64,000 nt of DNA from Phaeosaccion multiseriatum (lineage: Eukaryota > Protista > Ochrophyta, other classes). The translations under genes and the position numbers were made by a program. Location of the stretch: the NCBI GenBank assembly GCA_965112735.1, contig OZ218958.1, forward strand, positions 1,984,001 to 2,048,000. The letters run 5' to 3'. A model generated the notes under the pieces. That model had not been told where the DNA came from, ran no database searches, and saw nothing but the letters and a program-made list of their open reading frames with translations. Shown here piece after piece: positions 47,661 to 60,616 of this stretch (its first letter is position 1; each line of letters begins with the position of its first letter).

Positions 47661-50600
47661 ACACATTTGCTTCCGAGTCGACTCGAACTGTCGCTTGGGG
47701 GTAGTGTGGTAGATTGTCCTGCCTAAGGGTTTCCGGTCATACATTCTGGGGTATAATAAGAATGTCGGTTTCCTAGGCACGCCCCGAGGGGGATCAACGG
47801 CTCTGGCGTTTCACCCTCCTCTTTGTGGGCACAAGCTTTGCATCAGCGAGTAGTAGAGATACATTATCAATACGGACACTGACGCCCCACCATAAGCGCA
47901 GCATATACTTGGTCCAAACCCCTGAACGTCTTTACTATCTCAGCTTAGCACAGGCACGAGAGCAGCACCCAGGGCGTGGCCGTAGGCTTGCCCGTAGTTT
48001 CCAACGCTAATGCCAAATCAAAAAATTGTATATTGCTGCTACAGTGGAGGGCCATTGCGGAGGGGCTCGTCCCACCTCTCACCTCCCACACGTAATGCAT
48101 CGCGAGTAGGCAACACTAGCTCCCATCCATACGCACCGACTAGCGCATGGTCACTTTGCCATTAATTCATTTATTATGTATGTAGTACGCAATGCAAGTC
48201 TGCTCTCCTCCAGACGGTCACCTCCAAGCAAGCAGCCACGACCCACGACACACCCCCTGCCCCTTGCCCCCGCCTCTCCCCCTCCTGATCGTGAGGAAGA
48301 TCAACGAGAAGGGGGGGCGCCTAACATCCTGTGCGTGTAGCTGCTACTTTCTGCCTGGGCCGTGGGAGGGGGGGGGGGGGGGCAGACAGACGGGGAGGGT
48401 GGTGCTGAGCTGCTTCAGAGTCAGGGCGGGAATTACTTACCAGGCGCTTCCAGGGGTTTTGTTTGCCCATCCTTGTCGACCCCGCATCCTTGTACTCACG
48501 ACCGTCATCTTTGATGGACATGTGCACCTCTGCCCACTCAAGGAATTTTTTGGAGAAGCCCCGCGCCCCCATGCCATCGGTGGGGGGAGCCTAATGCCGC
48601 GCGACGAGCTCCCACTTCGCTTGGCGGAGGAAGGTGGTCTTCTGCTTCGCCCTCGTACTACTCACATCCCACCACCCATCCCAGTTCCACCCCGCCTGTC
48701 CAAACCCCGCCGTCTCCGCCCCCGCCGCCGCCCGTTCCTGCTGGCCCGTTCCTGCTCGGCAATTCGCTTCAGCTTCTGCAACGTATCGGGATCCCACGCG
48801 CCATCGTCATACACATCGAACTGTACGTCCTCATCCAAGTCCTCACCATCCACCCAGCTGCCGTTGCTGTCGTGTCCTTCCACATCGGCCCCCTCTGCCC
48901 GGCTGAGTTTATGTGCTTCAGGAGAGACGGCGTCTCCATAAACAGAGGAGTCGGAGTCAGTCCCATCGTCGTCGTCCTCGTCGTCTGCCCCCGCCCCCTT
49001 TGACGGCCTAGTACTGGCCGCAGCCGGCCCAGGCCAGCCACTACCCCCGTACTACTACTGCTGTAAAAGCGACCTAAGCCGCTTAGACAAGTGGTAACCC
49101 TTGATATATTACACGGGATGGAACCCGTTTGCAAGCCCTGCTTCTAGGCTCTCCTTATACCAAGATCACCGTTCTGACGTCCTCCTCCACTCAGAATCTA
49201 CGTAATATAGGACACACCGACCATTGACTTATGGTCCTTCTCACTCTGAGGCCTTCCAACATCCCCAATGCCTATCCCGTAACCTTCCAACATCCCCAAT
49301 GCCTATCCCGTCTCTGCGACCACCACCACCGCAAGGTCTAGAACCCCAAATGTTGCGCCGTCTCCGCAGCGATGCCCATCCCCCACTTCTCGTGCAACAT
49401 GGCGCGCACGGTGCGCTCTCGTTTAGACCGCTGCCCACGCTTGCGCTGCACGCTCGGGTCCAACGCTCCTGGCGCCAAAGAGTCCTCGAATGCCTCTATT
49501 GCCGCCCTCTCCCCGCGCCGCAAGAGCCAATCGTCCCACTCCCACGTCTGATAACTGCCACCCTCCCGTACAGCCCAACGTACACAGTACTCACGCCGTA
49601 GGGGCTGCCCTGTGGCCTTACGCCACCTCATCTTCACTATCCGCGCCAGCTCGGGCGCCCGCCCTATCCCAACCTCGTCATCGGTCACGCTACGCTTCTC
49701 CTGCAGTGCACTAGTACCCCAGTGGGCTGAGCAGTACCGGATGTGGTATCGAGCGAACCCATCTGGTAGTCCTTGCGGCTGGCCACTCACCCCATCAACG
49801 AACGGCTTGGTGAGGTCCCTATGGTACGCCCCTTGCTTGAACTCCACTCCCCGCCTCTGACCCTCGGCACATCCAGATACACCGTGCTACGGCGCATCAC
49901 CGCGTAGTGCTCGTCGTTGAGTATGCCACCATGTCGCGCCTGGAAGGCCTGCTGTGTGGGCCAAGCCAGGACTTGGAACGGTCCGTCCCAAGCATGACTC
50001 AGCGCCTTGAGCGTCAGTGCCTTCTGCTCCTCCATGGCCTCACCCTCCTCCTGCGCCACCCCCCCTGGACGGTACAACCACACCTTAGTGCCAGGAGGCA
50101 TCGGCGCTGGCCAGCGACGCTCACGGTTCTTGAGCTGTAGCCTGCTGCGATACTCCTCGCGCCTGCCCGTCACCACCTGCGCCGCCGATGCCATCCGCGC
50201 CCTCAGCTCGTGCACCCATGCCGAAGGCGTCTCGAACGAGCCGTCCTCCTCGAGGGCAGGCAGCATCGCTTGAAGTGGAATCGGGGGGTGTCGACCGAAG
50301 AGAGTGTAGTACGGGGAGAGGCCTGTGGTCTTGTGAGCTCTGCAGTTGTACGCGTACGTGAGCGCGGGAACATACTCAGGCCACTGCTGCATCTGGGCCT
50401 CCACTGTCGTCGCCAGCATGTCCTTCATCGTGGCCATGAAGCGCTCCACTTGCCCATTGGCTTGCTGATGCATCGGCGTAGTGAAGACTTGTGATGTCTG
50501 GAGTACGCGCAGCACATCGGCCATGAGCGTGCTCGTGAACTGCGACCCTTGGTCACTGACCAGCACCTTGGGCGCCCCCAGCACCGTCACTACGTGCCGC

Positions 50601-53600
50601 ACGAATGCCCGAGCAATGCCCTCCGCTGTATAGTCCTTGGCGCACAATGGCACCACCACTGTCCATTTGGTGAACCAATCTTGAAACACCAAAATGTACT
50701 CCTCCCCCCCCATGGCCATGGGGAAAGGTCCTGCCACGTCAGCACCCATAACCGCCCATGGCCCATTCACAGCCGCCGATGATATGGACGAGAGCGGAAC
50801 CTGTGGAGGTCGCCTCCGTGGTGTCTTGCGTGTCTGGCACGCAAGACATGAACGGGCCCAGTACAGCGCATGCCCGTTCATGGAGGGCCACCACACTCGC
50901 TCCTGCAGCGCATCCAGCATCCGCCCTGGCCCGTGATGGCCGCCTGAGACCGCATCGCCGTGCGTGGCATGCAGTAGGGCCGGCCTGAGCGCCTTGGGGA
51001 CGCAGAGCTGCAACCTCGTTCGCTCTACCCGCCACCGTCGCCCCCCGGGGGCCCACTTGCGGCGAAGGACGCCATCGCCATCGAGAGAGAACTCCCCCCC
51101 GCCCGCATCGAACACCCCCTCGCCCGGGGAGGCTGCCAAGACCTTCTGACGCCACCCCTCCAACTCAGCGTCCTGCTGCTGCGCCTTCACCCACCACGCG
51201 GGCTGGTAAGTCCGAGCCCCATGCAATATGCGGGCTGCGCACGACTGCTCACCCACTGCCGGGGGAACACCAGGGAGGGACCACCCAAATTGCCGCGTAG
51301 CAGCCTGCCTTGCGGACTCCACGTCTGCCAGCGCTGCTGCCTCGCTCGCCGCAGCCGCATAGCCGTCGGTGTCAGCCGCTGGAGTCTCTCCATCCTCTCG
51401 CCCCTCCACCACCTTGGGCGTGCCACCAACTGTGAGTCCGCCGCTGCCTCCTCCTCCTCCTCCGCCTCCTCCTCCTCCTCCTCCTCCTCCTCCTCCTCCT
51501 CCTCCTCCTCCTCCTCCTCCACCTCCGCCGCCGCCGCTGCCGCCGCCTTCAACCCCTCCTCCGCCGCCTGCACCACCCGCACCGTCACCGCCGCCGGCTG
51601 TGGCGACTGCTGGGGCCGCGGTCGGTGTGCGCTCCGCCTCCACCGTCGATGCACCCACCACGCCCGCGGCCTCGACGGCGGCAGGGATGTCCCACGCCAC
51701 ACCTTGGGTTTGCCACTGCTGCTGGGCCTCTGTGGGGGTCACCATGGTGTAGTAGCCGCCCGTATCTGCGGCGATGGCACTCCACGTCTTCTCAATCATA
51801 ACCGCTCGAGGTAGTGACAGCTTGCCACGCCTCCGCGCCGCGGCCGGCCGATAGCGCGCCCTGAACTGCTCCACTGCGTCCATGAGCTCGGTCCAGGTCC
51901 ACTGGGGATGTCGGTAAGAAAGAAGGATCAGGTCGATCATCTCCACTGACTTAGCGGTCGCTGAGAAAATGAAGAGTGGACTGGCGTGCTCCCGATCGGC
52001 CCAATACCCCACCCCGGCAGAGACGAACTGTCCTGCGCGCATCTCAGCACGCGTCACACCCGCCACCCCGCTATCCACCGCGCTCACTTCCATCGCAGAC
52101 GGCACCGGAACTGCACAAGCCCGCATCTTCGGCAGCAACTGTAGTAATGCGGCCACATCGTCGAAGGCATAGCTGAGCTGGGCCGCAGTGAGCTCCCGCT
52201 GAGTCCAATCCGTCTTCTGCTCCTCCTTGCTCATAAAACGCTGCAGGAACATACTAACCAGGTCTGCTAAGCCAATGGGACGGCAGTGCTCAGGCCACAC
52301 CTCCTTGAATAAATGCGTCGTGTCGACCAGGTTGGCGATGGTCCACACATGCGGCGCCAACGCCGGCCACTTCCCTAGGGCACGCTGGTCGTGACTCCAG
52401 TGATGCGCCAGCTTCATAATCCCCCCGTCGCCCCACAGCTCACTCAGCACCGCCGCCAGCGCCTCCATACCACCATTGCCACTCAAACTGTCCAAATCCA
52501 CCCAGAACCCACAATCACGCTCCGAATTGGCGACGCCGCTATACTGAACACCCAATTGCAGCAGAGACGCCGGCCGAGGAGGAGTGCGTATAGCCCACTC
52601 CGAGTCCATGGCCACCACTGTCGCCTCCCGCAGTGCCGCTCGCATGTCCCACACCTGCTCCTCCGTGCGTATGTACGTGCACCGCGCTGCTGGCACGTGG
52701 CTGAGAAACAGCGGCAGCTGAGACCACTCCTCTATCACCCGTTTCTTCTCGTTGATGTGGGACAGGGTCACTGGAGCCCAGCCACATTGCCGCATCTGCT
52801 CCACGTGCTGCAGCCGAGCCGACCCGAAGCCGCCTGGCGCCGCGACCGCCACACTGTCCACGCACAGCGCCTCCAAACCTGCCGACGCCTGCTGTCTCGC
52901 CGTGACCGACGAGAGTCCCTCCATAGGCACTGACTGAGCCGCCACCGCCTCCCCTTGCAACTGCTGCGCCGCGGCAGCAAACCGCAGCACCGCACCTTCC
53001 ACCGGATCCTCCCACCCTAACGCGAGGGTGTCACCCACCACATCCACCAACGCCACCTCCACTCCCACCGCATCACACGACTCAGTCACTGGCAAGGGGT
53101 CGCGTGACAAGCAGTCAGGCACCACAAGCTCCCGCCCCGGTTTGTGGACAAACTTGAGATGATGAGCAGAGAGCCGTTCATACCACCGAAAGAGCTTGGA
53201 GTTGGTGTCCTTGTGCGTCGCCAGCCACAGCAAGGGTTGGTGGTCCGTCACCACCGTGCAGGGATGGTGGCAAATGTACATGCTCAACTTGCGCACACAC
53301 CAAACCACCGCCAAGAGCTCGAGCTCCGTACTGCCTAGCCGAGCCTCCGTGGGGGTAGTGGCACGACTGATGAACGTCACGACTCGCTCCACCCCCTCGG
53401 CATCCCGCTGCGACAGCACACCCCCTAACCCGTCTGCTGAAGCGTCGGTGCTGAGCGTGAACACCGATTCCGAGCCATAGTGAGGGAAGGCCAACGCGGG
53501 CGAGCGGAGCAGGTCCTCGATGAGCCCCTCCCACGCCGCGTCGTGCCTCGGCCCCCACGCTGACCGCACATCCACCCCTTTGCGCAAGAGCTCATTGAGT

Positions 53601-56600
53601 GGCCGCACCTTCATGGCAAACGCCGGAATGAATTTGCGGAAGTAGCTGAGCATGCCTACAAAGCGCCTGACCTGTCGCACCTGATTGCCTGACTGCGCAG
53701 TGGGCTTGGCCAGCGCTCGAACTGCTGCATACTTGGCTGGATCGGCCCGCACCCCCTCACTATCCACCAAATGCCCACAGAAGCGCACCTGAGATGCCCC
53801 CAACACCACCTTGCTCGGCGCCAGCTTGAGCTTGTGCTGCACCATCCTGCCGAGAACTTGGTCTAACTGGCCAATGTGCTGATCCACCGTGGCGGAGAAA
53901 ACTGCAATGTCGTCCACGAAGCACGCCACGAATGCCTGTAGGCCCTGCAACACCGTGTTCATAAGGCGTACGAACGTGGCGGGTGCATTCTTCGCTCCTT
54001 GTGGCATGACTCTCCAGGCGTACGTGCCACTGTGGCAGACAAATGTAGAGATGTCCTCATCCTCCGTGGTGGCCATGGGCACATTGAAGTAGCCAGACAT
54101 GATGTCCATCACCGAAAAGACCGTAGACCCCTGCATTTCCGCCAGCAAATCATCCACCACTGGCATGGCGGGCGCCTCCGTGCGGCACGCGTCATTGAGC
54201 TGCGACAGGTCACACGTCATCCGCACGATCGGAGTGCCGTCCTCGTGGCACTTGGTGTTGCCGTGCTCGTCCGTCTTCAACACGGCCATGAGTGGAGTGG
54301 CCCAGGCTGCTGTGCTGGGCCGGATGATCTCTGCTGCTAACATCTTGTTCAACTCAATCTCAATGCCGCGCCGGACCGGAGGAGGGTAGCGCCGTGCCGC
54401 ACTCCGAATTGGCGGCTGCTTCGGGTCCAGCAACGGAAACCCAAACCGGCCCGAATCTGTGCGGCCGTAATCGCTCCCATCCACGCAGAAGGCCGCTACT
54501 CGCTGCTTCAACACCACCACCAAGCCCCACCGCTGCGCTTCTGTCCAACCTTCATCACCGATAGTCATTGCGTGCATGTGCTGGGGCAGCTGCGCCTGGT
54601 AGAATTTGGCCCGTGCCACTGCTGCTTGCGCCCGCCGCCTCTGCTGCTGCACACATTCACCACCTGCCAACCCTCCCACCTCCGCCCGCAGGGCACGACA
54701 CTGCCACAGTAGCCGCCGAATGGTGAGAAACAACTGCAGTGCTGCGTTCAGCTCCGTCTCCACACCGGCCTGCTTCAGCAACGAGTGACTGCTCCACATG
54801 GACAAGAGTTGCTCCAACCACTGAGCCACCACCACATCATCGACACCCTCCAGGCCCCCTTGCGTCTGCTGCACGTGTGGGCGGAGGAGCAGGAGAGCCG
54901 TAACTGCACCCACCTCCGCAGCCGCCAAACACGTACGGAGCCGCTCCTGCCCACTCGCTGCGAGGCGAGGCGCCCACTCACGCACGATCAAGCTGTGAGC
55001 GGCCTCCCGTGTGCCCGCCTGCCGTCCCTCACCCGTGCCGCCCAACGTCAAGGCACCATGCTCGTCGATAGTCCAGGTCGGGCCCTGCAGACAGCCCTGA
55101 GTAGCCTCAACCTGCTGCCCAGCCGTCACGTCATCCTGCAATGCATGCAGGGCGGCCTGGGGAGACTCCGTGGTCGGCACCACCTCCACCTCCCCAGTCA
55201 CCGCGGCGCCAATTGAGGGCCCCCCTTCCACCGCTGCCACACCGACCTCAGACACGCACAGGGAAGGTGCCCCTCCTCCTGCGTCTCCGCCTCCTCCTCC
55301 TCCTCCTCCTCCGCCTCCGCCTCCTCCCCCTCCTCCGCCTCCTCCTGCGTCTCCGCTGGCTCCTCCTCCATCGCCTCCTCCTCCTCCAGGCCCAGCGTCG
55401 CCAATTGAGGGCCCCCCGTCCACCGCTGCCACACCGGCCTCAGACACGCACAGGGAAGGTGCTCCTCCTCCTGCTGCTCCTCCGCCTCCTCCTCCTCCTC
55501 CTCCTCCCCTTCCTCCTCCTCCTCCTCCTCCTCCTCCTCCGTCTCCTCCTCCTCCTCCTCCTCCCCCTCCTCCTCCTGCGCCGCCTCCTGCGACTGCTGC
55601 GCCTCCGCCGCCGCCGCCAGCTGCTGCTGCGGCCGCTACAGCCCGTGCGTGTCGAGCCAAGATGCTAGGACCAGCAGTAAAAGGCCCCTCCACTGAGAGT
55701 GAGACGTGCCGCCTCGCCACCCGTAGACGCCGACCGAGCCCCAGCCGAGCAGGCCTGCAGGGCCTGTGTTTGCCCGACTCCCTCGTCACGGGCCGCACTG
55801 CCTGCACGACCGGAGCACGGACGGCTCCCAGAGCCACTGGCCCCAGCGGCACAGGGCGGAAAACATCCTCAGGCCCATCGACCAGATCGGAGACCACTGT
55901 CTCGCGTCCCCAGCGCTCACGCAAAGCCACAGCCTCGAGCCACGCCTGTCGGGGCGCTCCGTCGTTGCCTCCTCCTCCTCCACCTTCGCCGCCTCCGCCA
56001 TCTCCTCCTCCTCCTCCTCCTTCGCCTTCTGAGCCTCCTCCTACTCCTCCTCCGCCTCCTCCGCCTCCTCCTCCGCCTCCTCCGCCATCTCCTCCTCCTC
56101 CTCCTCCGGCTGCTGCTGCACTTCCGCCACCGACACCACCACCACGCTCCTCGCCACCGACCACAGCACGAGCCGCACCCCAGCGTGCCCATCGACGCGG
56201 GAGCGGACGAAGGGACCCTAGCGGCGTGCACTGCGCACCAAGAGGCGCCGGCTCACATAACGCCACCTCCACCGCTGCTCGCCGATCCTCCTCCGCCAGC
56301 AGATACGTGCCCACGCCCACAGCCTGCCCAGGGACCACGACGATCGTCTCGTTGTGCTGATTGTGTATACCGATGCTCCACTGCTGCGTGGCACCGACCA
56401 CGCACGCCGCACGACTCACCAGGACTTACTCGTGGTTCAGCCACCACAACGCCTCCTGCTGCGCCTCCAACTGCCCGTGGGCACCCAACTCCACACTGAG
56501 ACGCCCGCCTGCGACACCTCCGTCCACCTCCAGCACGAGCACGGCCTTGCCGCCCGGGGCGAGGCGAAGTGCCTCAGTCGCCAGCACCTGACACTCCCCC

Positions 56601-57989
56601 AATCTGACAGCGGCCACGGCGATGGTGTCGTCGACCTCCGACCGCGGCTCCGACGACGGGGAACTCGCCTCCGTAGGATGCACGTACAGCTGATGAACCT
56701 TGTGGTCAGTAACCGCCCCCACCATTGTGAGCACGTCTTGGCCTAAGATCAAGGGACGGGCGAGGTGCTCCACTACCCACATGGCCACCACCGGCTTACA
56801 CGTAGGCGTGAGGGCGATTTGGACCCACACCCGACCGAGCGAGGCTGAAGTAGCGGCCTGAGTCGTGGCGTACCGAACTGCTACTCGCTCCTCCGCCAAA
56901 TCGCGCACCTGAAAGACCCCTGCGGCGACGCCACGATCAAAGGTCGCACGTGAGGCACACGTGTGAGTGGCGCCGGTGTCCACCAAGGCCTGCACCGTGA
57001 GCGACACCGGAGCCCGTGACAGCTGCTCGCGCAATTGAAGGGCAGACTGAAGCACCACCGATACCGTATGCCCACGCGGATTGACCGTCACCCCGGTACG
57101 CCCTGTCTGCTTAATCGCCAGAGTCATCTCAATCTGCTTCCGCCTCGCCTCCCGCCGCAGATACGCTGCCCCTGTATCGTCAGTAACTGAGAGCGCCGCC
57201 ATCTCCACCCTCGCCCGCTGCACGCACACCTCACAGGGCTCCCGCTCCGCACTCAGAGAGCACCCACTGACGCACTCCCTCTCCACCGATTCGGCAGCTG
57301 GTGCCAGGAGCGCAGCTGCTCGACACGCCTTCGCCGTCGGAGACAATGCAGGAAGAGCACCACTACACTCCGGCAGCAGGGTGACGTGCTCCGCGAGCAG
57401 CGCGTCGAAAGCATCGCAGTCGTCGACCAGCAGAGCAGGACGCCCTGCCGTCGCCGCTGAAGGTCCAACCCCCACCCCCGAAGGCACGCGACGGCCAGCC
57501 GGCGGAATCACAAACGTTTCGGCCGCCCACGTCAGCACCCGCGCTTGAGCGGCCGCGCACTCTGCCGCCCAGCGCTGTGCAGCTTGCGTAGCTGTCTGTG
57601 CGTCGCTGATCACCCACTCCTGCGCCGCCCACACCCACTCCCGAAGCAGGCTGGGGTCACGGAGAGACTGTTCCCATGGAGGGACCCCGAGCGGCAGAGC
57701 CATGACCCCCCGGGGCACGTCAGCAGCCGCCGACGCAGGGCAGCGGAACACATGCCCTTCACGCCACCGCCGCATGACCACCACCTGTCGGGCCCTCCAG
57801 GCCCGCCGCTGTGCCTCCGCCGTCGCCCCCACCAGCCCGCATGCCGGCCCCTGTGCAGCGGCCTCAACCTCTGCCTGCAGCTCAGCCCCAAAGAGCGCTG
57901 CTGCTATTGCTGCATCGGCTGCTGCACCAGTCTGTCGAGCCTCGTGCCCGTAATCCGCCACCGTCTCCGTCGGCTCCTCCTTAGCCTCC

Positions 57990-59506
57990 TGAGCCACCTG
58001 GAATGTGGGACAGACCACACACCCCAGACAACCAACAAGCAAAGGGATTCTTATCCTATGTTGAGCGTGTATTAGCTTTCCTTTCTTTATCTCACTTTCC
58101 TATCTATCCTCCTCCTGCGACATGCCGTTCATATGAGGCGTACGTTCCCCAACTGGCGACAATCCGGATTCGAACATACCAAACACCTTTGAGACTCCAC
58201 AACTTCCCCCCCCCAAGGCCGAGGCCAACCAGCCAAGGACTGAGAAAACTGTGAGGCGAAAAGGAGCAGCTCACACACAAACCTCTAATAGAACTATAGC
58301 AAACCAATGGGGAAAGAAACAAAGTCCAAAACCCCATGCATCTAGCAGCAAGCAAAGCAGCAAAGCATCCATATTCCAAAGCGTAGCACCAACTTCTTCA
58401 GCAAACAAAAGAAAATACCGGTGTGACACAACACCAAAAAGAAAAATGATAACAACCACATACTAACCGACCCGTACCCGTTGTGCACACAGCGAGCTGA
58501 AGCATGAATACCGATCAATGCCAACCCCCCAAGTCGTAGCGCCAGCAGTGTTGCCTCCACAAGAAAACCAAGCTCTCGAGCTCCAGAAGAGTTGATCAGA
58601 CCCTTCGCAATAAGCAGCAGTAGCAGTAGCAGCAATCCCATCAATAAAGCAAACCAAATCCCAAATGCGTGCAGCGAATCCTCGTCTCAATGTGTGTCAC
58701 CAAAGGACGGCAATACCTCCAAACAAAGCCGCAAGTAGAGTAGCATAATCCAATTTCCATAGCAAGCACCAAGTAACCAGCTCCAGGAGCATCCATGTGG
58801 CAGATACATCGCGAAAACACTGCGAAATCCGCTGACAAGGCGAGCAGAAACAGCAAAGTGCATCCGATGCAGCAAATTCAAATTCTTTTCGAAATCACAG
58901 ATCCAAAAATGCCCATATAACCAATCCTCACGGCTGTTTGCGCAAAAGGCACCAATCTCCAATCTCTGGCTCCATAGCAGTAGAATACGAAGCGTACGGC
59001 AAAGGCAGCTCCATGCGGTCTCCATCCTCAAACTTAATAACATAGGTAGGCTCGGCTCCTGCAGTACGCTGTCGAGGCTTGCGCACCTTACTCACTTCTC
59101 CACGATACCACACAGTCTTCCGCTCCAAAACCTTGAACGTGTGGAAAACCACCGCCCCAACCTTCAATAACTTAGCGCAAGCAGCAGCGTCAGCAGGCCT
59201 CGGGAGCAACTCAAACCCATCCGGAATTACAAACCCATCACGCTGCAAGGCCTGCCACTCCGTCAATAGTCAAATCCCTCAGCTTCCACCAAGTTGAGCC
59301 ACCTGGAATGTGGGACAGACCACACACCCCAGACAACCAACAAGCAAAGGGATTCTTATCCTATGTTGAGCGTGTATTAGCTTTCCTTTCTCTATCTCAC
59401 TTTCCTATCTATCCTCCTCCTGCGACATGCCGTTCATATGAGGCGTACGTTCCCCAACTGGCGACAATCCGGATTCGAACATACCAAACACCTTTGAGAC
59501 TCCACA
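57990..59506 (-). mobile_element. Non-autonomous cargo-carrying LTR element (element 5; same family as element 4)
   Basis: 212-bp LTRs 57990-58201 and 59295-59506, TSD CTCC, same PBS (59291-59272) and PPT as element 4. Confidence 0.92.
58928..59266 (-). CDS. Cargo ORF fragment with Tudor/SH3-barrel-like motif
   Basis: VGAVV...WYRGEVSKV...TYVIKFEDGD..E ending in a stop codon; looks like a captured C-terminal domain. Confidence 0.5.
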   Translation of the reverse strand: MTEWQALQRDGFVIPDGFELLPRPADAAACAKLLKVGAVVFHTFKVLERKTVWYRGEVSKVRKPRQRTAGAEPTYVIKFEDGDRMELPLPYASYSTAMEPEIGDWCLLRKQP

Positions 59507-60616
59507 CTCCTTCGCCTCTTCCTCCGCCTCCAGCCCCTCCGACATTGGTTTCTCCTCCTCCGTCGCCTTCTGAGCCTCTTCCTTCTCCTCCTCCTCCGCC
59601 TCCTCCTTCTCCTCCGCCTCCTCCTCCTCCTCCTTCGCCTCCTCCTCCTCCTCCTCCTCCTCCTCCTCCTCCTCCTCCTCCTCCTCCTCCTCCTCCTCCG
59701 TCTCCTCCTCCTTCGCCTTCTGGGCCTCTTCCTTCTCCTGCCCCTCCGGTGCCTCCGCCGTCACTGCGGCAGCTGCCTCCTCCGTCTCCTCCTCCGCCTC
59801 CTTCTCCTCCTCCTCCTCCTCCTCCTCCTCCTCCTCCTCCGTCTCCTCCTCCTCCTCCTCCGCCTCCTCCTCCTCCTCCTCCTCCTCCGGCCCCTCCTGT
59901 GCCGCTGCCGTTACTGCGTCAGCTGCCTCCTCCTGCTGCTCCTCCGCCTCCTCCTCCTCCTCCTCCTCCTCCTCCTCCTCCTCCTCCTCCTCCTCCTCCT
60001 CCTCCTCCTCCTCCTCCTCCACCACCTCCACCTCCTCCGCCTCTGCCTCCGCCTCCACCGCCACCAACGTGAGCGGAGCAGCCCTCAACCCTCCAACGGC
60101 CGCACCCTCGACTGCACCCCCAGCGGCTGGGAGCCCCACTGCACAACGTAGGAACGCGGCCGCCCGAGCCCGTGCGGCGTCAGCTGTTGCGCGCAGAGTG
60201 AGCGCTTGCTGCTTCCGCCGCCCTATGCGCAGCATATGGTTCGGAAGGCGTGGCTCACGGCAAGCTCGCTGCCGCCACAACGGCATGCCCCCTACCGCAC
60301 CCCACACCGCCGCCTCCTCCTCCTCCTCCTTCGCCTTCTCCGCCTTCTGCTCCACCCCATCACCGTCAACCCACCCCCTACCGCTGTCAACGGGCCAACC
60401 GCTGTCAACTGTGTGAATCTCGCCCCTCGGGGAGGGAGGAGGTGTGGCTAGCAAGCTGAAGGAAGACGATACACAAGCTCGATGAGGTGTTACATTATGT
60501 GATTTGTTACCCTCTCTAACTTCCGTATCTACTGCCCTACTACTTGCCGTTACCACCCCCCCCCGCCCCAGGGCTCCGGGCCCCGCTGCTACCGACTCTG
60601 TAGCGGCGGGGCATCG

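Larger units (their letters stand above)
42158..47952 (+). mobile_element. Ty3/Gypsy chromodomain LTR retrotransposon (element 2), gag-PR deleted
   Basis: 248-bp LTRs 42158-42405 and 47705-47952 (one mismatch seen), TSD GGCA, PPT GGGGGTAG. Confidence 0.93.
49338..60616 (-). pseudogene. Pol of element 3 (PR, dUTPase-like spacer, RT, RNase H, DEDDy exonuclease, integrase, chromodomain); interrupted by element 5, a TAA at 56426-28 and a frameshift near 49850
   Basis: ALVDTGATH, MPQGAKNAP, FVDD, TDASADGLG, TDHQPL, MDSEW...YAFDD, GGHHG/CLAC, ADVAGP, SDQG, NGQVERF, EYCVRW..TWE. Removing element 5 plus one TSD restores the frame (EEAKE|AKEEP). Confidence 0.9.

Noticed and set aside
56426-56428. Programmed readthrough at the TAA within Pol
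   Set aside because: Strong-stop context (TAA G) inside the post-protease domain; more likely a nonsense mutation in this copy.
55170-60072. Proline-rich plus-strand ORFs (55170-56360, 59308-60072)
   Set aside because: Antisense shadows of the GGA tracts in element 3 Pol.
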